Part shown: positions 1 through 10,103 of the stretch, piece after piece
How the letters are laid out: the number at the start of each line of letters is the position of its first letter
Numbering within the stretch: position 1 is the stretch's first letter
Assembly (NCBI GenBank): GCA_965261395.1
Contig: OZ253462.1
Coordinates: forward strand, 5,344,001-5,408,000
Reading direction: 5' to 3'
Source of the DNA: Candidatus Latescibacterota bacterium
GTDB lineage: Bacteria; Latescibacterota; UBA2968; UBA8231
DNA: 64,000 nt
Notes under the pieces: model-generated
What the model saw: only the letters and a program-made list of their open reading frames with translations
What the model was told of the DNA's origin: nothing
Databases searched by the model: none
Made by a program: the position numbers and the translations under genes

Positions 1-1587
1 GACCAGCAGCCGTGGAGCAACGGCAAGGTGGGGTCGTGGGGGACCTCGTGGTCGGGCTGGACGCAAACGGCGATGGCGGCGTTGGGGCCGACCAACCTCA
101 AGGCCATGGTGGTCAACATGAGCGGAGCCGACGCGCATGAATCTTCGGTGCGGCACGAGGGCGCATTGGAACTGCGGTTTTTGGCGTGGGCATTTTGGCA
201 TTCAGCGGCTAACACTCAGCGCGCGCTAAAAGCTGACCCAGCGGTTGATGCGGCCCTGAACTTGGGTGCGCCGACCTTTGCCGACTGGCTGACGCGGATG
301 CCGATCCGCAAGGGACAGACCCAGCTCAAATTGGTGCCTCCCTACCAGAAGTGGGCACTAGACCTGCTGACCAAGGCCGACTACGACGAGTACTGGCAGC
401 ACCCCAGTTATGCGCCGGCGCTCTTTTGGGACGACTTCCCGGACGTGCCGACTCTGATCATCGGGGGCTGGTACGATTCGTACACGCGCTCGACGTGCAA
501 AAACTACGAAGGGTTGTCGGCGCGCAAGCAGGGGCCGGTGCGGATGCTCATGGGGCCGTGGACACACGGGACGCAAACCTTGGAGCAGAGCTTTGCCGGC
601 GACGCGGAGTTCGGCGAGGACGCGGCGCTAGACGACTTCCGCGACCTGCATCTGCGCTACTTCGATTGGGCGCTCAAGGGCGTTGATAACGGCGAGGCCA
701 ACTCACCGCCGGTGCGAATATTCGCCATGGGTGGCGGCGGGGGCTATCACACCAGTAGCGGCCGGATTTTCCACGGCGGGCATTGGCGCGACGAGGCCGA
801 GTGGCCACTAGCCCGGACGAACTATACCAAGTACTATCTGCACGGCGACGGCACCTTATCGCCAGAAGAGCCAGCTACAGACGGCGGCGATACAGTCTAT
901 CGCTTCGATCCAGCCAATCCAGTGCCCTCCATTGGTGGCAATGTCTCGTCGCTTGCTGAGATCGGCCCGTTGCCGCCGGGCGTGAGCGATTCAGCCAATG
1001 CGCCGTGGCGGGCGCGGGTGGAACAATTGATGGTGCCGGGCGGGTTCGATCAGGTAGAAGGGCCGGCGTTTTACGGCTGTGCGCCGCCCTATCTGCCGCT
1101 GGGCTCGCGGCCGGATGTGCTGGTCTTTGCCACTGAGCCGCTTGCCGAGGACATGGAGGTGACCGGGCCGATTGAGGTGCAGTTGTGGGTCTCGTCGTCA
1201 GCGCCGGATACGGATTTTACCGCCAAGCTGATCGATTGCTATCCACCGAGCCGCTGGTACCCGCATGGCTACGCACTCAACCTGACCGATAGCATTGCGC
1301 GCCTGCGCTACCGCAACGGGCGCGAACAGGGCGAGCTGCTAGCGCCGGGCGAGGTCGCCGAGCTGACGATTACCCTCTATCCGACGAGCAATGTGTTTGC
1401 CGCCGGGCATCAGATCCGCCTCGACATTTCCAGCTCGAACTTTCCCCGCTTTGATGTCAATCCCAACACTGGTGATCCCATCGGCCAAGAGCGGCGACGG
1501 CAGGGGGCGGACAACAGAATCCACCACAGCGCGGCCCAGGCGTCGCACGTGGTGTTGCCGATTATTCCAACTAGGAGAAATGCATAA
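1..1587 (+). CDS. CocE/NonD family hydrolase (5' end outside window)
   Basis: Frame is open from base 1: QPWSNGKVGSWGTSW nucleophile elbow, GGWYD, MGPWTHG, and C-terminal SSSAPDTDFTAKLID / ISSSNFPRFDVNPNTG. Confidence 0.92.
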   Translation, partial: DQQPWSNGKVGSWGTSWSGWTQTAMAALGPTNLKAMVVNMSGADAHESSVRHEGALELRFLAWAFWHSAANTQRALKADPAVDAALNLGAPTFADWLTRMPIRKGQTQLKLVPPYQKWALDLLTKADYDEYWQHPSYAPALFWDDFPDVPTLIIGGWYDSYTRSTCKNYEGLSARKQGPVRMLMGPWTHGTQTLEQSFAGDAEFGEDAALDDFRDLHLRYFDWALKGVDNGEANSPPVRIFAMGGGGGYHTSSGRIFHGGHWRDEAEWPLARTNYTKYYLHGDGTLSPEEPATDGGDTVYRFDPANPVPSIGGNVSSLAEIGPLPPGVSDSANAPWRARVEQLMVPGGFDQVEGPAFYGCAPPYLPLGSRPDVLVFATEPLAEDMEVTGPIEVQLWVSSSAPDTDFTAKLIDCYPPSRWYPHGYALNLTDSIARLRYRNGREQGELLAPGEVAELTITLYPTSNVFAAGHQIRLDISSSNFPRFDVNPNTGDPIGQERRRQGADNRIHHSAAQASHVVLPIIPTRRNA

Positions 1588-2750
1588 TGGAACAGTTGCA
1601 TTTGGCCCTCGTGGGCTGTGGAGGCATGGCCGGAGCACACGTGCGCGGCTTGGAGGAGCTAGCGAAGGCCGGGATTGACGATATACAGGTGGTGGCCTGT
1701 TGCGACTTGGTGGAGGCACAGGCACAACAGCGGGCCGACGAGATCGCCGAGTTCCAAGAGCACAAGCCGGAGATCTATACCGACGTGGAGAGAATGCTCG
1801 CGCACGTGGAAGACCTAGACGCAGTGGACATCTGCGCCCTGCACTCGCAACACCACATCCTCGCCGTCACCTGTTTGGAGGCGGACAAGCACGTGATAAT
1901 CGAAAAGCCACTAGCGATTACCCTGCGCGCTGGTCGCAAAATACTCAATGCGGCCGTGGATAACCGCTGTCAGCTTGCCGTAGCGGAAAACTACCGCCGG
2001 TCGCCGCAGGAGCGGGCCCGATCTTGGGCGGTGGCCAGCGGGCGGATCGGCCAGCCGCGCACCTTCTACTGGCAGGAAGCGGGCTTGCGGCTGGGCAAGT
2101 GGGGTTGGCGCAATTTCAAGCGCGACGCCGGGGCCGGCTGGATACTCGACGGAGGCGTGCATTTTGCCGATCTGTTCCGCTATCACTTGGGCACGGAGGC
2201 GCGGCAGGTGGTGGCGCGAGTACACGGCTTTGAGCCGTATCGCTACGACGAGCCAGTCAAGCGCGAGGGGGCTTGGCCGGTGGATGTGGAGGACTGCGCC
2301 ATGGCGCTGATTGACTTCGACGGCGGTGCAGTGGTGCAGTGGACTTGGCAAGGTTCAGCGCCGGGACAGGACTTCAGCAAGCGCGTCCTCTACGGCAGCG
2401 AGGGCTGCATCGACTGGGAGAGCGGGCTGTGGACGCGCACCGGCACGAACACATCTAACGAGGCATTGGTCGAGGCGTATCATAACAGCCTCGCAGAGGA
2501 CGAGCGCGAGCGGCTGTTCCCCAAAGGAGTGGAAAATCCCATCTCAACCGAGTTGAAGGATTTCGCCGATGCCGTGCGGGGACAAGGTGTGCCCGAAGTC
2601 GATGGCCTAGACGGCTATCGCTCGCAGGCGATTTGCATGGCGCTCTTTGAGTCGGAGTGGTTTAACCGGCCGGTGAGCTTGGCCGAGATCGAGCGCGGCG
2701 ACTTGGAGGGCTACCAGGCCGAGATTGATCAGGCGTTGGGGATTGATTAG
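1587..2750 (+). CDS. Gfo/Idh/MocA family oxidoreductase
   Basis: LVGCGGMA Rossmann motif, HVIIEKP, AENYRR, GWILDGGVHFAD. Confidence 0.92.
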   Translation: MEQLHLALVGCGGMAGAHVRGLEELAKAGIDDIQVVACCDLVEAQAQQRADEIAEFQEHKPEIYTDVERMLAHVEDLDAVDICALHSQHHILAVTCLEADKHVIIEKPLAITLRAGRKILNAAVDNRCQLAVAENYRRSPQERARSWAVASGRIGQPRTFYWQEAGLRLGKWGWRNFKRDAGAGWILDGGVHFADLFRYHLGTEARQVVARVHGFEPYRYDEPVKREGAWPVDVEDCAMALIDFDGGAVVQWTWQGSAPGQDFSKRVLYGSEGCIDWESGLWTRTGTNTSNEALVEAYHNSLAEDERERLFPKGVENPISTELKDFADAVRGQGVPEVDGLDGYRSQAICMALFESEWFNRPVSLAEIERGDLEGYQAEIDQALGID

Positions 2751-2769
2751 GCGACGAGTTTTTCCTTAA
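2701..2769 (+). repeat. Direct repeat A1: 3' end of the Gfo/Idh/MocA gene plus 19 bp downstream
   Basis: Matches 6393-6460 with 3 substitutions and one 1-bp indel. Confidence 0.95.
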
Positions 2770-3946
2770 AATCCGCTGCTAGAGGTGGCGGAGCCTGATC
2801 TTTTGTTGAAGGCGTCGATAGATTGGGCACTAGGAGATACGACATCCAAGGCACGAACGCGGAGAAAAGACACCCAAAGACGCCGGACACGACTTAAAAA
2901 CACTCTAAAAAGCCTTCTTATACCTTCTAAATCTCACACACGAGGAAGCATTCGCTATGGAACCGAGAAACTACGCATTGGCCAATCTGTTTGAAAATCA
3001 GGGTATATATGTGGTCCCCCGATACCAACGGCTCTATGTCTGGAATCAAGAAGATCAGTGGGAACCACTGTGGGAGGATGTAATTGAGATAGCAGGTGAT
3101 CTGCTCAACGAGGCGACCAATCGAAACTCTGAAGAAGTGAACGCTGATTCCAGGGAGTCTCACTTTCTGGGAGCAGTCGTACTGAAACAGAGTGGCTTCA
3201 CGCCGGATATGGCCCAACGTTGGCGGGTGATTGACGGCCAACAGCGGCTTACGACTGTTCAACTGCTAATGACTGCTGTTGCTGACGAGTTAGACAAAAT
3301 TGAACTGTCCGTCCAAGCAGAGCGTTTAAGGAAACTAACGAAAAACTCGGCGGACGAGCCGTTCAAGATTATTCATGGCGGTCAAAACTACAAGCGATTT
3401 CGAGACGTGATGGAAGCAAATGGAGAAGAAAGTGTCATTGAGGCAATTGAAAGTCCTATGGCGGATTGTTATAAATACTTCCGCAACGTTGCCCACCAGT
3501 GGTTCGATGGACAAATTTCACGAATTCTTCTAGCAGCATCTGCACTTATCGCAGTTTTAATCGCAAAACTTCGTGTCGTTGCAATCTACTTGGATTCACA
3601 TGAAAAGGAGCACATGATATTCGAGACACTCAATGCACGAGGCGAACCGTTGACAGAGTGGGACAAGATCAAAAACTACTTGCTCTACAAGGCTGACGAA
3701 GACTCCGGCGTTGATCAAGATTCATTCTTCGACAAGTACTTGGAAATGTTCGATGATGATTGGTGGAGGGGACAAATCGGACGCGGGCAGAGGCCCCGTA
3801 CGGATATCTTCGCTGACTACTGGTTAGAATCAAGGGTCATGTCTCCTGTCAGCACTCGACGTGTATTTCGTATGTTTCAAAAGCACGTGGACGACGTCAA
3901 GGACAGCCTTGATGATTTAGGTCAAGATATTATTCAGGATGCGAAG

Positions 3947-5524
3947 GGGCACCTTAGCCGATTGTTATGGCACGATTTCGGTACGTATGTGTATATTTTA
4001 CAGTAACTTGTTCTATTCTTTTGCCGCCTCCCCCGCGGCACGCTCCCCTCGATTGAGAAAGAAGGGGAGCAATGCCTGCGATTCTCTCTCTGGCGCCCTT
4101 TCAGCAGCGGCAGCAGTGGGCGCGCTTTCGAAGTAGAGCGCATGAAGCCCTGGACGAGTTGCTGGATCGGGTGGAGACGCAAATGAGCGAGCACGGATCT
4201 ACTCCGCCGACGTTGATGGAGATTACCGAGGCGGTGTCGCAAGAGCGCTCCGGGCTTACCGCGGCGGTGGTGGAAGCCTTCATCGAACGCCGCCACGGCC
4301 AGTTCCTGGCGCAAGAAGAGGCGGCCTGCCCGAAGTGTGAGCGCGTCCTGCGTGCGCGACCGTCGCGCTCGCGCACGGTGGAGACGCTGCTCGGGCCGGT
4401 GCCCTTGGAGCGGCCCTATTTCTACTGCGTTTCCTGTGAGCACGGCTTTTATCCGCTGGACGAGGCCCTGGGCCTGTCGGGGCACCGCAAGCAGTGGGAC
4501 GTTCAAAACGCCGGGGTCAAGCTGGCGCTGGAGATGCCCCACCAGCGCGCCGCGAAGCTGCTGGACGAGCTGACCGACGCGTCGATGAGCGACTGTGTGA
4601 TTCACGAGGTGCTGCAACAGACCGGGTCGTTGGACGTGCTGCAGGTGTGTCCGGACGCGGCCGACATCCAGGATCGCATTGCTCAAGCCGCCGCCGCTCG
4701 CAAGTGGCGGCCCATCGTGGTGTTGGCCATCGACGCGGCCGACGTGCCCAGTCGTCCCGAGACCGCCAAAGGGACTCGTCCGGGGCGCAAGAAGAGCCGG
4801 GCTCGGCGAAGGCGTTGGCAGGGTGAATACCACGAAGCCAAGGGCTTTCGCTTCTACTTGGTAGACGATGAGCGCATCGAGCAGCTGATCTCCTGGCACC
4901 AGATGGGCGACGAACAGGCCTTCGGCTCGGCCTTGCGCCAGGTCAAGGAGGCGGGGCTGATCCCGGAGGAGCAGGTGCGCTTGTGTGCCATCGGGGACGG
5001 AGCCCCGTGGATCTGGAAATGGGTGGAGGAACTGTTCCCGAGCGCCCGTCAGATCCTCGACTACTACCATTGTAGCCGCTACCTGCACGCGGTGGCCGAG
5101 GCTCAATACGGCACCGATGCGGCGCGCGCCAGCCATTGGCTGGAAGCGACTCTGGCGCGCCTGTTCTGCGGTGAGGGCACCGGCGTGGTTTGGGGTCTGC
5201 AGCGCATGCAGGCGGTCTCGGAAGAGGCCGAAGAAGCGATCGGCACGGCCTTGACGTACCTGCAAAAGCGATTGCATCAAGTCGATTTCGGCAGCCATCG
5301 CAAGGGCGGATACCCGATCGGGTCGGGTGCGATCGAATCGGCGCATCGCTTCATCGGCCATGTTCGTCTGAAACGCTCGGGCGCTTGGTGGTATAAGGAA
5401 AACAGCAACGCCATTCTTGCCCTGCGTTGCGCCTTGTACAATGGAACGCTTGACCGGGTCTTTCAGCAGTACCGAGACAACCTAAAAACAACCACCAAAA
5501 CCGTAACAATCACCTAATGCACCC
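3947..5524 (+). mobile_element. ISKra4-family insertion sequence, 1578 bp
   Basis: 24-bp imperfect terminal IRs (GGGCACCTTAGCCGATTGTTATGG vs GGGTGCATTAGGTGATTGTTACGG, 18/24); 8-bp TSD ATGCGAAG at 3939-3946 and 5525-5532. Confidence 0.93.
4072..5517 (+). CDS. ISKra4-family DDE transposase
   Basis: CPKC/CVSC Zn motif, IGDGAPWIW, ILDYYH, GYPIGSGAIES. Confidence 0.9.
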   Translation: MPAILSLAPFQQRQQWARFRSRAHEALDELLDRVETQMSEHGSTPPTLMEITEAVSQERSGLTAAVVEAFIERRHGQFLAQEEAACPKCERVLRARPSRSRTVETLLGPVPLERPYFYCVSCEHGFYPLDEALGLSGHRKQWDVQNAGVKLALEMPHQRAAKLLDELTDASMSDCVIHEVLQQTGSLDVLQVCPDAADIQDRIAQAAAARKWRPIVVLAIDAADVPSRPETAKGTRPGRKKSRARRRRWQGEYHEAKGFRFYLVDDERIEQLISWHQMGDEQAFGSALRQVKEAGLIPEEQVRLCAIGDGAPWIWKWVEELFPSARQILDYYHCSRYLHAVAEAQYGTDAARASHWLEATLARLFCGEGTGVVWGLQRMQAVSEEAEEAIGTALTYLQKRLHQVDFGSHRKGGYPIGSGAIESAHRFIGHVRLKRSGAWWYKENSNAILALRCALYNGTLDRVFQQYRDNLKTTTKTVTIT

Positions 5525-6392
5525 ATGCGAAGTATTATCAGAAATTTGAACAACGGGACGACTACGAACAGACCTATGAAAGGCAGTTCCACAATCGCCG
5601 AATGTCCCTGGAGGTTGGCGCTATGTGGCCGCTATTACTGCAGTTGCAGAGGGTCGAATGCAAACAGCGGGAACAGGCGTTTGCGTGCTTGGAAAGTTAT
5701 TGGGTTCGGAGACTTATCGCCGGATATCAAGCACGAAGCTATGATCAAGTCACTTTGTACTTGCTTCATACTCTTAATGAATTCAAAAAATTTAAAAAAG
5801 ACGGCGATGTAATCATGCACTCTCTACAGCACTACAAGGAGAGAGGAACAGTTTGGCCGTCTGATAACGAGGTGAGATCAGCGATTCTAGAAAGGCGTTT
5901 ATCGTCGTCTGCACAGAACATAGTGCTCCACGCTATCGAAAAGCACCTGATGCCTGAATCTGCTCCGAATCCCACTGTATATCGAAATGTGCAAGTTGAG
6001 CATCTCATGCCCCAATCATGGAAAAATGAGCACTGGCAGTTAAGCCCACTTGAAGAAGTAGAGGATGTCACCGAGGAACGAAACCGCTTGATCCACACAC
6101 TGGGTAATCTAACATTAGTCAATAGTAGATTGAATGCTTCTATGAGTAATGGTCCTTGGCATCGTAAGCGAGAAGCCATCAAGGAATCGGACAATCTCTT
6201 TATTAACAGGAAATTGCTTGACGATGCATCTGATGTTTGGGATGAAGAGCAGATTGTCAAACGAGGTAAGTGGATGGCGGACATTATCCTCAATATTTGG
6301 CCACGTGAGGCGTAATTACGACGATTATCGGGAAGCGAATGATTTCGGATTGCTGTGATAGAAATCGCGTCGCAACAGGCTGATGGCGAGGT

Positions 6393-6460
6393 ACTTGGAG
6401 GCTACCAAGCCGAGATTGATCAGGCGCTGGGGATTGATTAGGCGACAAGTTTTTCCTTAA
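6393..6460 (+). repeat. Direct repeat A2: displaced copy of the Gfo/Idh/MocA 3' end
   Basis: Encodes YQAEIDQALGID* like 2701-2769, but is not part of any gene. Confidence 0.95.
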
Positions 6461-6466
6461 GGACGG

Positions 6467-7075
6467 CTAGGACTCGCCCAAAATTTCCTGGAGCAACTCA
6501 GGATGCCGTCGCCGCAACTCCAGTAGCCTGCTGGCTGTTCCCACCGGCGTCAAGTGAGCAGAGCGCGGAATCTGCTGCTTCTCTTGTAGCATACCTCCGC
6601 GCTGCTCTACGTCCTGAATCGCGAGCGGTCGTTGGCCAAGGGAGTAGAAGAGTTCCGGTTCAAGCTGCACGAGGGCCGGCAGATCCCTGGGTTCAGCGCG
6701 TCCAATCGCAGTGCCGACGTACACGGCGACTTTCCTACCCGCGATAAATCCTGGCTCGTTCCCTTCCCACAGGAACTGTACTCCTTCGGGCACGCTCTGC
6801 GGAAGAAGCGGCGACACCGCACCGGTTGGATCTAGCGAGAACGGACGAATCGATCTCGCAAAGGCGACCTTGCAGCCGATTTCTTCGAGTGCCTCTCTAT
6901 ACAGGGCATCCTCAATGGTCTCGCCCTCCTCGACAGTTCCACCGATACAGCCCATTCCAATCCTCAAAACTCCCTCTTGCTGACGCCTCCATTTCGCCGA
7001 CTTCTGGAGTTCAAAGAGGAATCTATTTTCGACTCTTAAAAGAATTGCAACGCCAATGATCAAAATACCTGACAT
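6467..7075 (-). CDS. NUDIX hydrolase
   Basis: Nudix box GGTVEEGETIEDALYREALEEIG. Confidence 0.88.
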   Translation of the reverse strand: MSGILIIGVAILLRVENRFLFELQKSAKWRRQQEGVLRIGMGCIGGTVEEGETIEDALYREALEEIGCKVAFARSIRPFSLDPTGAVSPLLPQSVPEGVQFLWEGNEPGFIAGRKVAVYVGTAIGRAEPRDLPALVQLEPELFYSLGQRPLAIQDVEQRGGMLQEKQQIPRSAHLTPVGTASRLLELRRRHPELLQEILGES

Positions 7076-7154
7076 ATCCTATTTGGTGCGGCTCAATGCC
7101 AGTCAAGCTGTTGGACTTCCGTGCGAAGGTCGTCAGGGGAGGAGAGACGTCTCC

Positions 7155-7469
7155 TTATACTTCAAGTGCCATGTTAAGCGGCTCAATCGTCTCTAGTGTC
7201 TGAGCCTCAGATTGGGTGGCGTGATACAGATCCCAGCGAAGTTGAAGATTCAGCCAAAACGCAGGCGACACGTCGAGATATTTTGCTAGGCGTAGGGCTG
7301 TGCTCGGAGTAATACCACGTCGGCCGTTTACCAATTCGTTGACCCGCTGATAAGGAACATGAATCGCGGTAGCCAATTCGCGCTGTGTTAAACCCAAAGG
7401 ATTTAAAAACTCCTCCAGCAACATCTCACCAGGGTGTGTCGGAACGCGATCTGTTGGAATACGTACCAT
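7155..7469 (-). CDS. higA: HigA antitoxin
   Basis: THPGEMLLEEFL, HTH, TALRLAKY, FWLNLQ. Confidence 0.93.
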   Translation of the reverse strand: MVRIPTDRVPTHPGEMLLEEFLNPLGLTQRELATAIHVPYQRVNELVNGRRGITPSTALRLAKYLDVSPAFWLNLQLRWDLYHATQSEAQTLETIEPLNMALEV

Positions 7470-7493
7470 GGATCGACACCTCTTGTTCAGTAA

Positions 7494-7787
7494 TTAGTGA
7501 TAGTCGACGATCTCGACAGCCTGAGGACCAGCATCCGACCATACAAAGCAAATCCGGTATTGATCATTGATCCGAACACTATATTGTCCAGACCGCAGGC
7601 TCCGCAAGGCCTCGAGATGATTGCCAGGTGGACTGCGTAAGTCGCGCAGTTCATCGGCCGAGTCCAGTTGTTCAAGCTTTCGTGCAGCTACAGTCCACAA
7701 AGACGATGGACAAGTACCGCGTGCAGCACGTGTGTCCCGTCCATTGAAGATATCCTCAGTGCCAGTACGCCGGAACGATTGAATCAT
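7494..7787 (-). CDS. higB: HigB (RelE/ParE) toxin
   Basis: MIQSF, PPGNHLEAL, YSVRINDQYRICF, VEIVDYH; lies upstream of higA. Confidence 0.93.
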   Translation of the reverse strand: MIQSFRRTGTEDIFNGRDTRAARGTCPSSLWTVAARKLEQLDSADELRDLRSPPGNHLEALRSLRSGQYSVRINDQYRICFVWSDAGPQAVEIVDYH

Positions 7788-7789
7788 GA

Positions 7790-7822
7790 TAGCATTATAA
7801 CACGGAACTCATGCTACGTCAA
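7790..7822 (-). promoter_or_regulatory. Sigma70 promoter of higBA with an inverted repeat
   Basis: TTGACG-17-TATAAT-6-ATG on the minus strand; TAGCAT-N15-ATGCTA inverted repeat at 7790-7816. Confidence 0.8.
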
Positions 7823-8000
7823 TTATATGCATATCTGGAAATGATACAGGGGTTCTCCCGGCCTTACTGATGACTACCTCATCGGGCGATGCAGTTGGAA
7901 GGTGATCCTTTAACACAAGCACTTCGTAGCCTGCCTGTCGTAGATCATCTACAACCACCGTCGGCACGCAATGGTCAGCAAAGAAAACTGCCGCCATCAA
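7809..8000 (-). pseudogene. DUF5615 PIN-like toxin, N-terminal fragment
   Basis: FFADHCVP..VVDDLRQAGYEV..SPDEVV; family similarity is lost near 7860; coupled to DUF433. Confidence 0.75.
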
Positions 8001-8221
8001 GCTGCTACTTCAAAATCGGCCAATTCACGGGCATAATCCAAGCAGGCGGCGATGCTCTCGGTCGTCAGATCTGGGAATTCGGCTATGATCTGGTCAGCGG
8101 AATAGCCATCCGCCAAGTAGCCGAGTACCAGAGCCACAGGGATTCGGGTATTCTTGATACGCGGTTTCCCGCGCAGCACGTCCGAAGTGCTCTCGATGTA
8201 GTCTTTCCACGCCGTAGGCAT
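7997..8221 (-). CDS. DUF433 domain antitoxin
   Basis: GKPRIKNTRIPV, IIAEFPDLT..IAACLDYA. Confidence 0.9.
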   Translation of the reverse strand: MPTAWKDYIESTSDVLRGKPRIKNTRIPVALVLGYLADGYSADQIIAEFPDLTTESIAACLDYARELADFEVAA

Positions 8222-8439
8222 TGTAAAGCCTCCTATTGAGGACTACATAGCTAAAGGAATACGGTCTGGGGCGAAGCAAGAGTGAGACGCCATTCCTTTA
8301 AAAATGCAGAGGTCAATAATGGTCTGCAGATTGCCGTTTTGTCCTAATATATAATCCAGATCCGCTAAGAGAAGTCCATTGATCAAAGCACGAGTTCTTA
8401 CTTTCTGATGATGTTGTTAGGCGGAACTGTCGTGCTCTA

Positions 8440-9333
8440 TCAGGATAAGGCTCTGAGCGATGCGACTCTTATATCGTCAAGCTCATCCGCACTGAACACC
8501 TTGGCCTTGAACAGGTTCATGTATTCTTGCGAGACGCTCTGACCGAAGATCATTAGATCGTCTGTATTGACCGGCACCTCAACTCCGTGATCGAACAACA
8601 CAGCGGATGGGATGGGACGCGAGATTGGCAGTTGCGCCCAGCATAACGTTGCTCGAAGGGCAGATGTGTAGTCGAATCCTATTTTGCGCCAACCACTCCA
8701 TGACTTCGGCGGATTCCGCGGCCGCAATACCATGTTGTATTTCCGCTAACCCAAGCACTTCAGCCGTCTCCTGCACCCGTTCCGCTCCTCTAAACTCTCC
8801 CACGTGTGCCTTCAGTTTCATCCCGGCCGATTGAGCATAATGGACATAAACAGGCCAGAGTCTATTCCCTCGCGGACCCGGTCCTTGATCTCGGTGTTGC
8901 CGATGGTTTCTCGTGCGATTCCCAGTTCCGGTCTCAGATCAATCCGCTCGCGATGGCGCTCTACCAATTGTCGGATGAATGCCGCAAAACCGGCAAAGCC
9001 TGTTTCGAAGTGGCCAGCCGAGCGCACATCAAAGCTCATCTCTAGTCGCTGGACTCCATCTTGCATCGCATCGACCACCGCAGCCTCCGCAGTGAATTCA
9101 AAACCAGCTAGTGAGTTGATGTAGGGATCTAGCGCCTTGGAGGTATAGTCCAGCATTCCACGCAGCCCTCGCATTGGGGTAATCGGCCTAGCCAACGAAT
9201 GCCCTAGCCAACGCTCGACGTTCTCGATCCGCGTACCGAAGTAACAATGACAGTGGTAATCAGCTTTCGGCACACGCCGTACTGACGCTAGGTCCTCTGT
9301 CTCAAGAGCCTGAGCAAACGGGATAGCTATCAC
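8440..9333 (-). pseudogene. Adenosine deaminase-like protein, degraded
   Basis: PKADYHCH, KAHVGEF, ICPSSN and VNTDD are spread over three frames; apparent deletion near 8840 and +1 insertion near 8603. Confidence 0.85.
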
Positions 9334-9437
9334 CGATAATCTCGCCTAGTATTGTTCCTAGTCCTGAATCGAAAAGACATTGGGTGAAAGACCGCATGGC
9401 CCAAGCCGGACATGGAAGTGTTCGCCGAAGCATGAAC

Positions 9438-10103
9438 TCACGCGAGGTTGCGGATTGTGCTCGGCAACTCGTCGAGATTGTCAACAATCGCATCCACAAT
9501 CTCAGGTGCCTCCCAGTACGCATCTCGCTTCCAAATCGCTTTCATCCCGTAGGACCTGGCACCCCGAATGTCGGCTTCTGAGTTGTCGCCAATCATGACA
9601 GCCTGATCTGGCGAGACGCCTAGGTTGTCGGTCGCCCGCTGGAAGATTTCCGCATCCGGTTTGGCGACCCCTTCGGCTTCCGAGATCAACATGGTGTCGA
9701 AATAGCGAGCGATCCCCAAACCATCAATTTTCGGCTGCTGTGAATCAACTCCCCCGTTTGTGACGAGCCCCATCTTTAAGCCTTGTTGCCTGAGTGTCGT
9801 AAGCGTCTGATGTGCCTTCGGAAACGGAACGCATATATGGGGAAAGTAGGTCAGGAAATCATCCAGCAACCTGTGCCAAGTACCGGGCGAGAGAGCGAAG
9901 TCGCGTTCAATGCGCCTAAACAGTTCCTCCTTATCGGCGTGGCCATGGGCATCCGACTCAATTACTCGATCCATGTATTCGCCAAATGGGAGAGCGTGCA
10001 GGTCATTGGCCAATCGTTCGACCTGACCGTACAGATATACTCTAAGGCAGCTGAGCCGATCCAACAGTGTTCCGTCAAGATCGAAGAGCACTGCTTGTAA
10101 CAT
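9438..10103 (-). CDS. HAD family hydrolase
   Basis: LFDLDGTL, LVTNG, KPDAEIF, IGDNSEADI. Confidence 0.92.
   Translation of the reverse strand: MLQAVLFDLDGTLLDRLSCLRVYLYGQVERLANDLHALPFGEYMDRVIESDAHGHADKEELFRRIERDFALSPGTWHRLLDDFLTYFPHICVPFPKAHQTLTTLRQQGLKMGLVTNGGVDSQQPKIDGLGIARYFDTMLISEAEGVAKPDAEIFQRATDNLGVSPDQAVMIGDNSEADIRGARSYGMKAIWKRDAYWEAPEIVDAIVDNLDELPSTIRNLA

Larger units (their letters stand above)
2957..6315 (+). pseudogene. GmrSD-like type IV restriction protein (DUF262 + DUF1524/HNH), interrupted by an IS
   Basis: N-part has VPRYQR-Y-W, IDGQQRLTT and FETLNARG; C-part has VEHLMPQ and LGNLTL. Joining 2957-3946 to 5533-6315 gives an in-frame 590-aa ORF (IIQDAK|YYQKFE). Confidence 0.92.

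Noticed and set aside
3934-5361. 475-aa antisense ORF over the ISKra4 transposase
   Set aside because: Shadow ORF of a GC-rich gene; no recognisable motifs.
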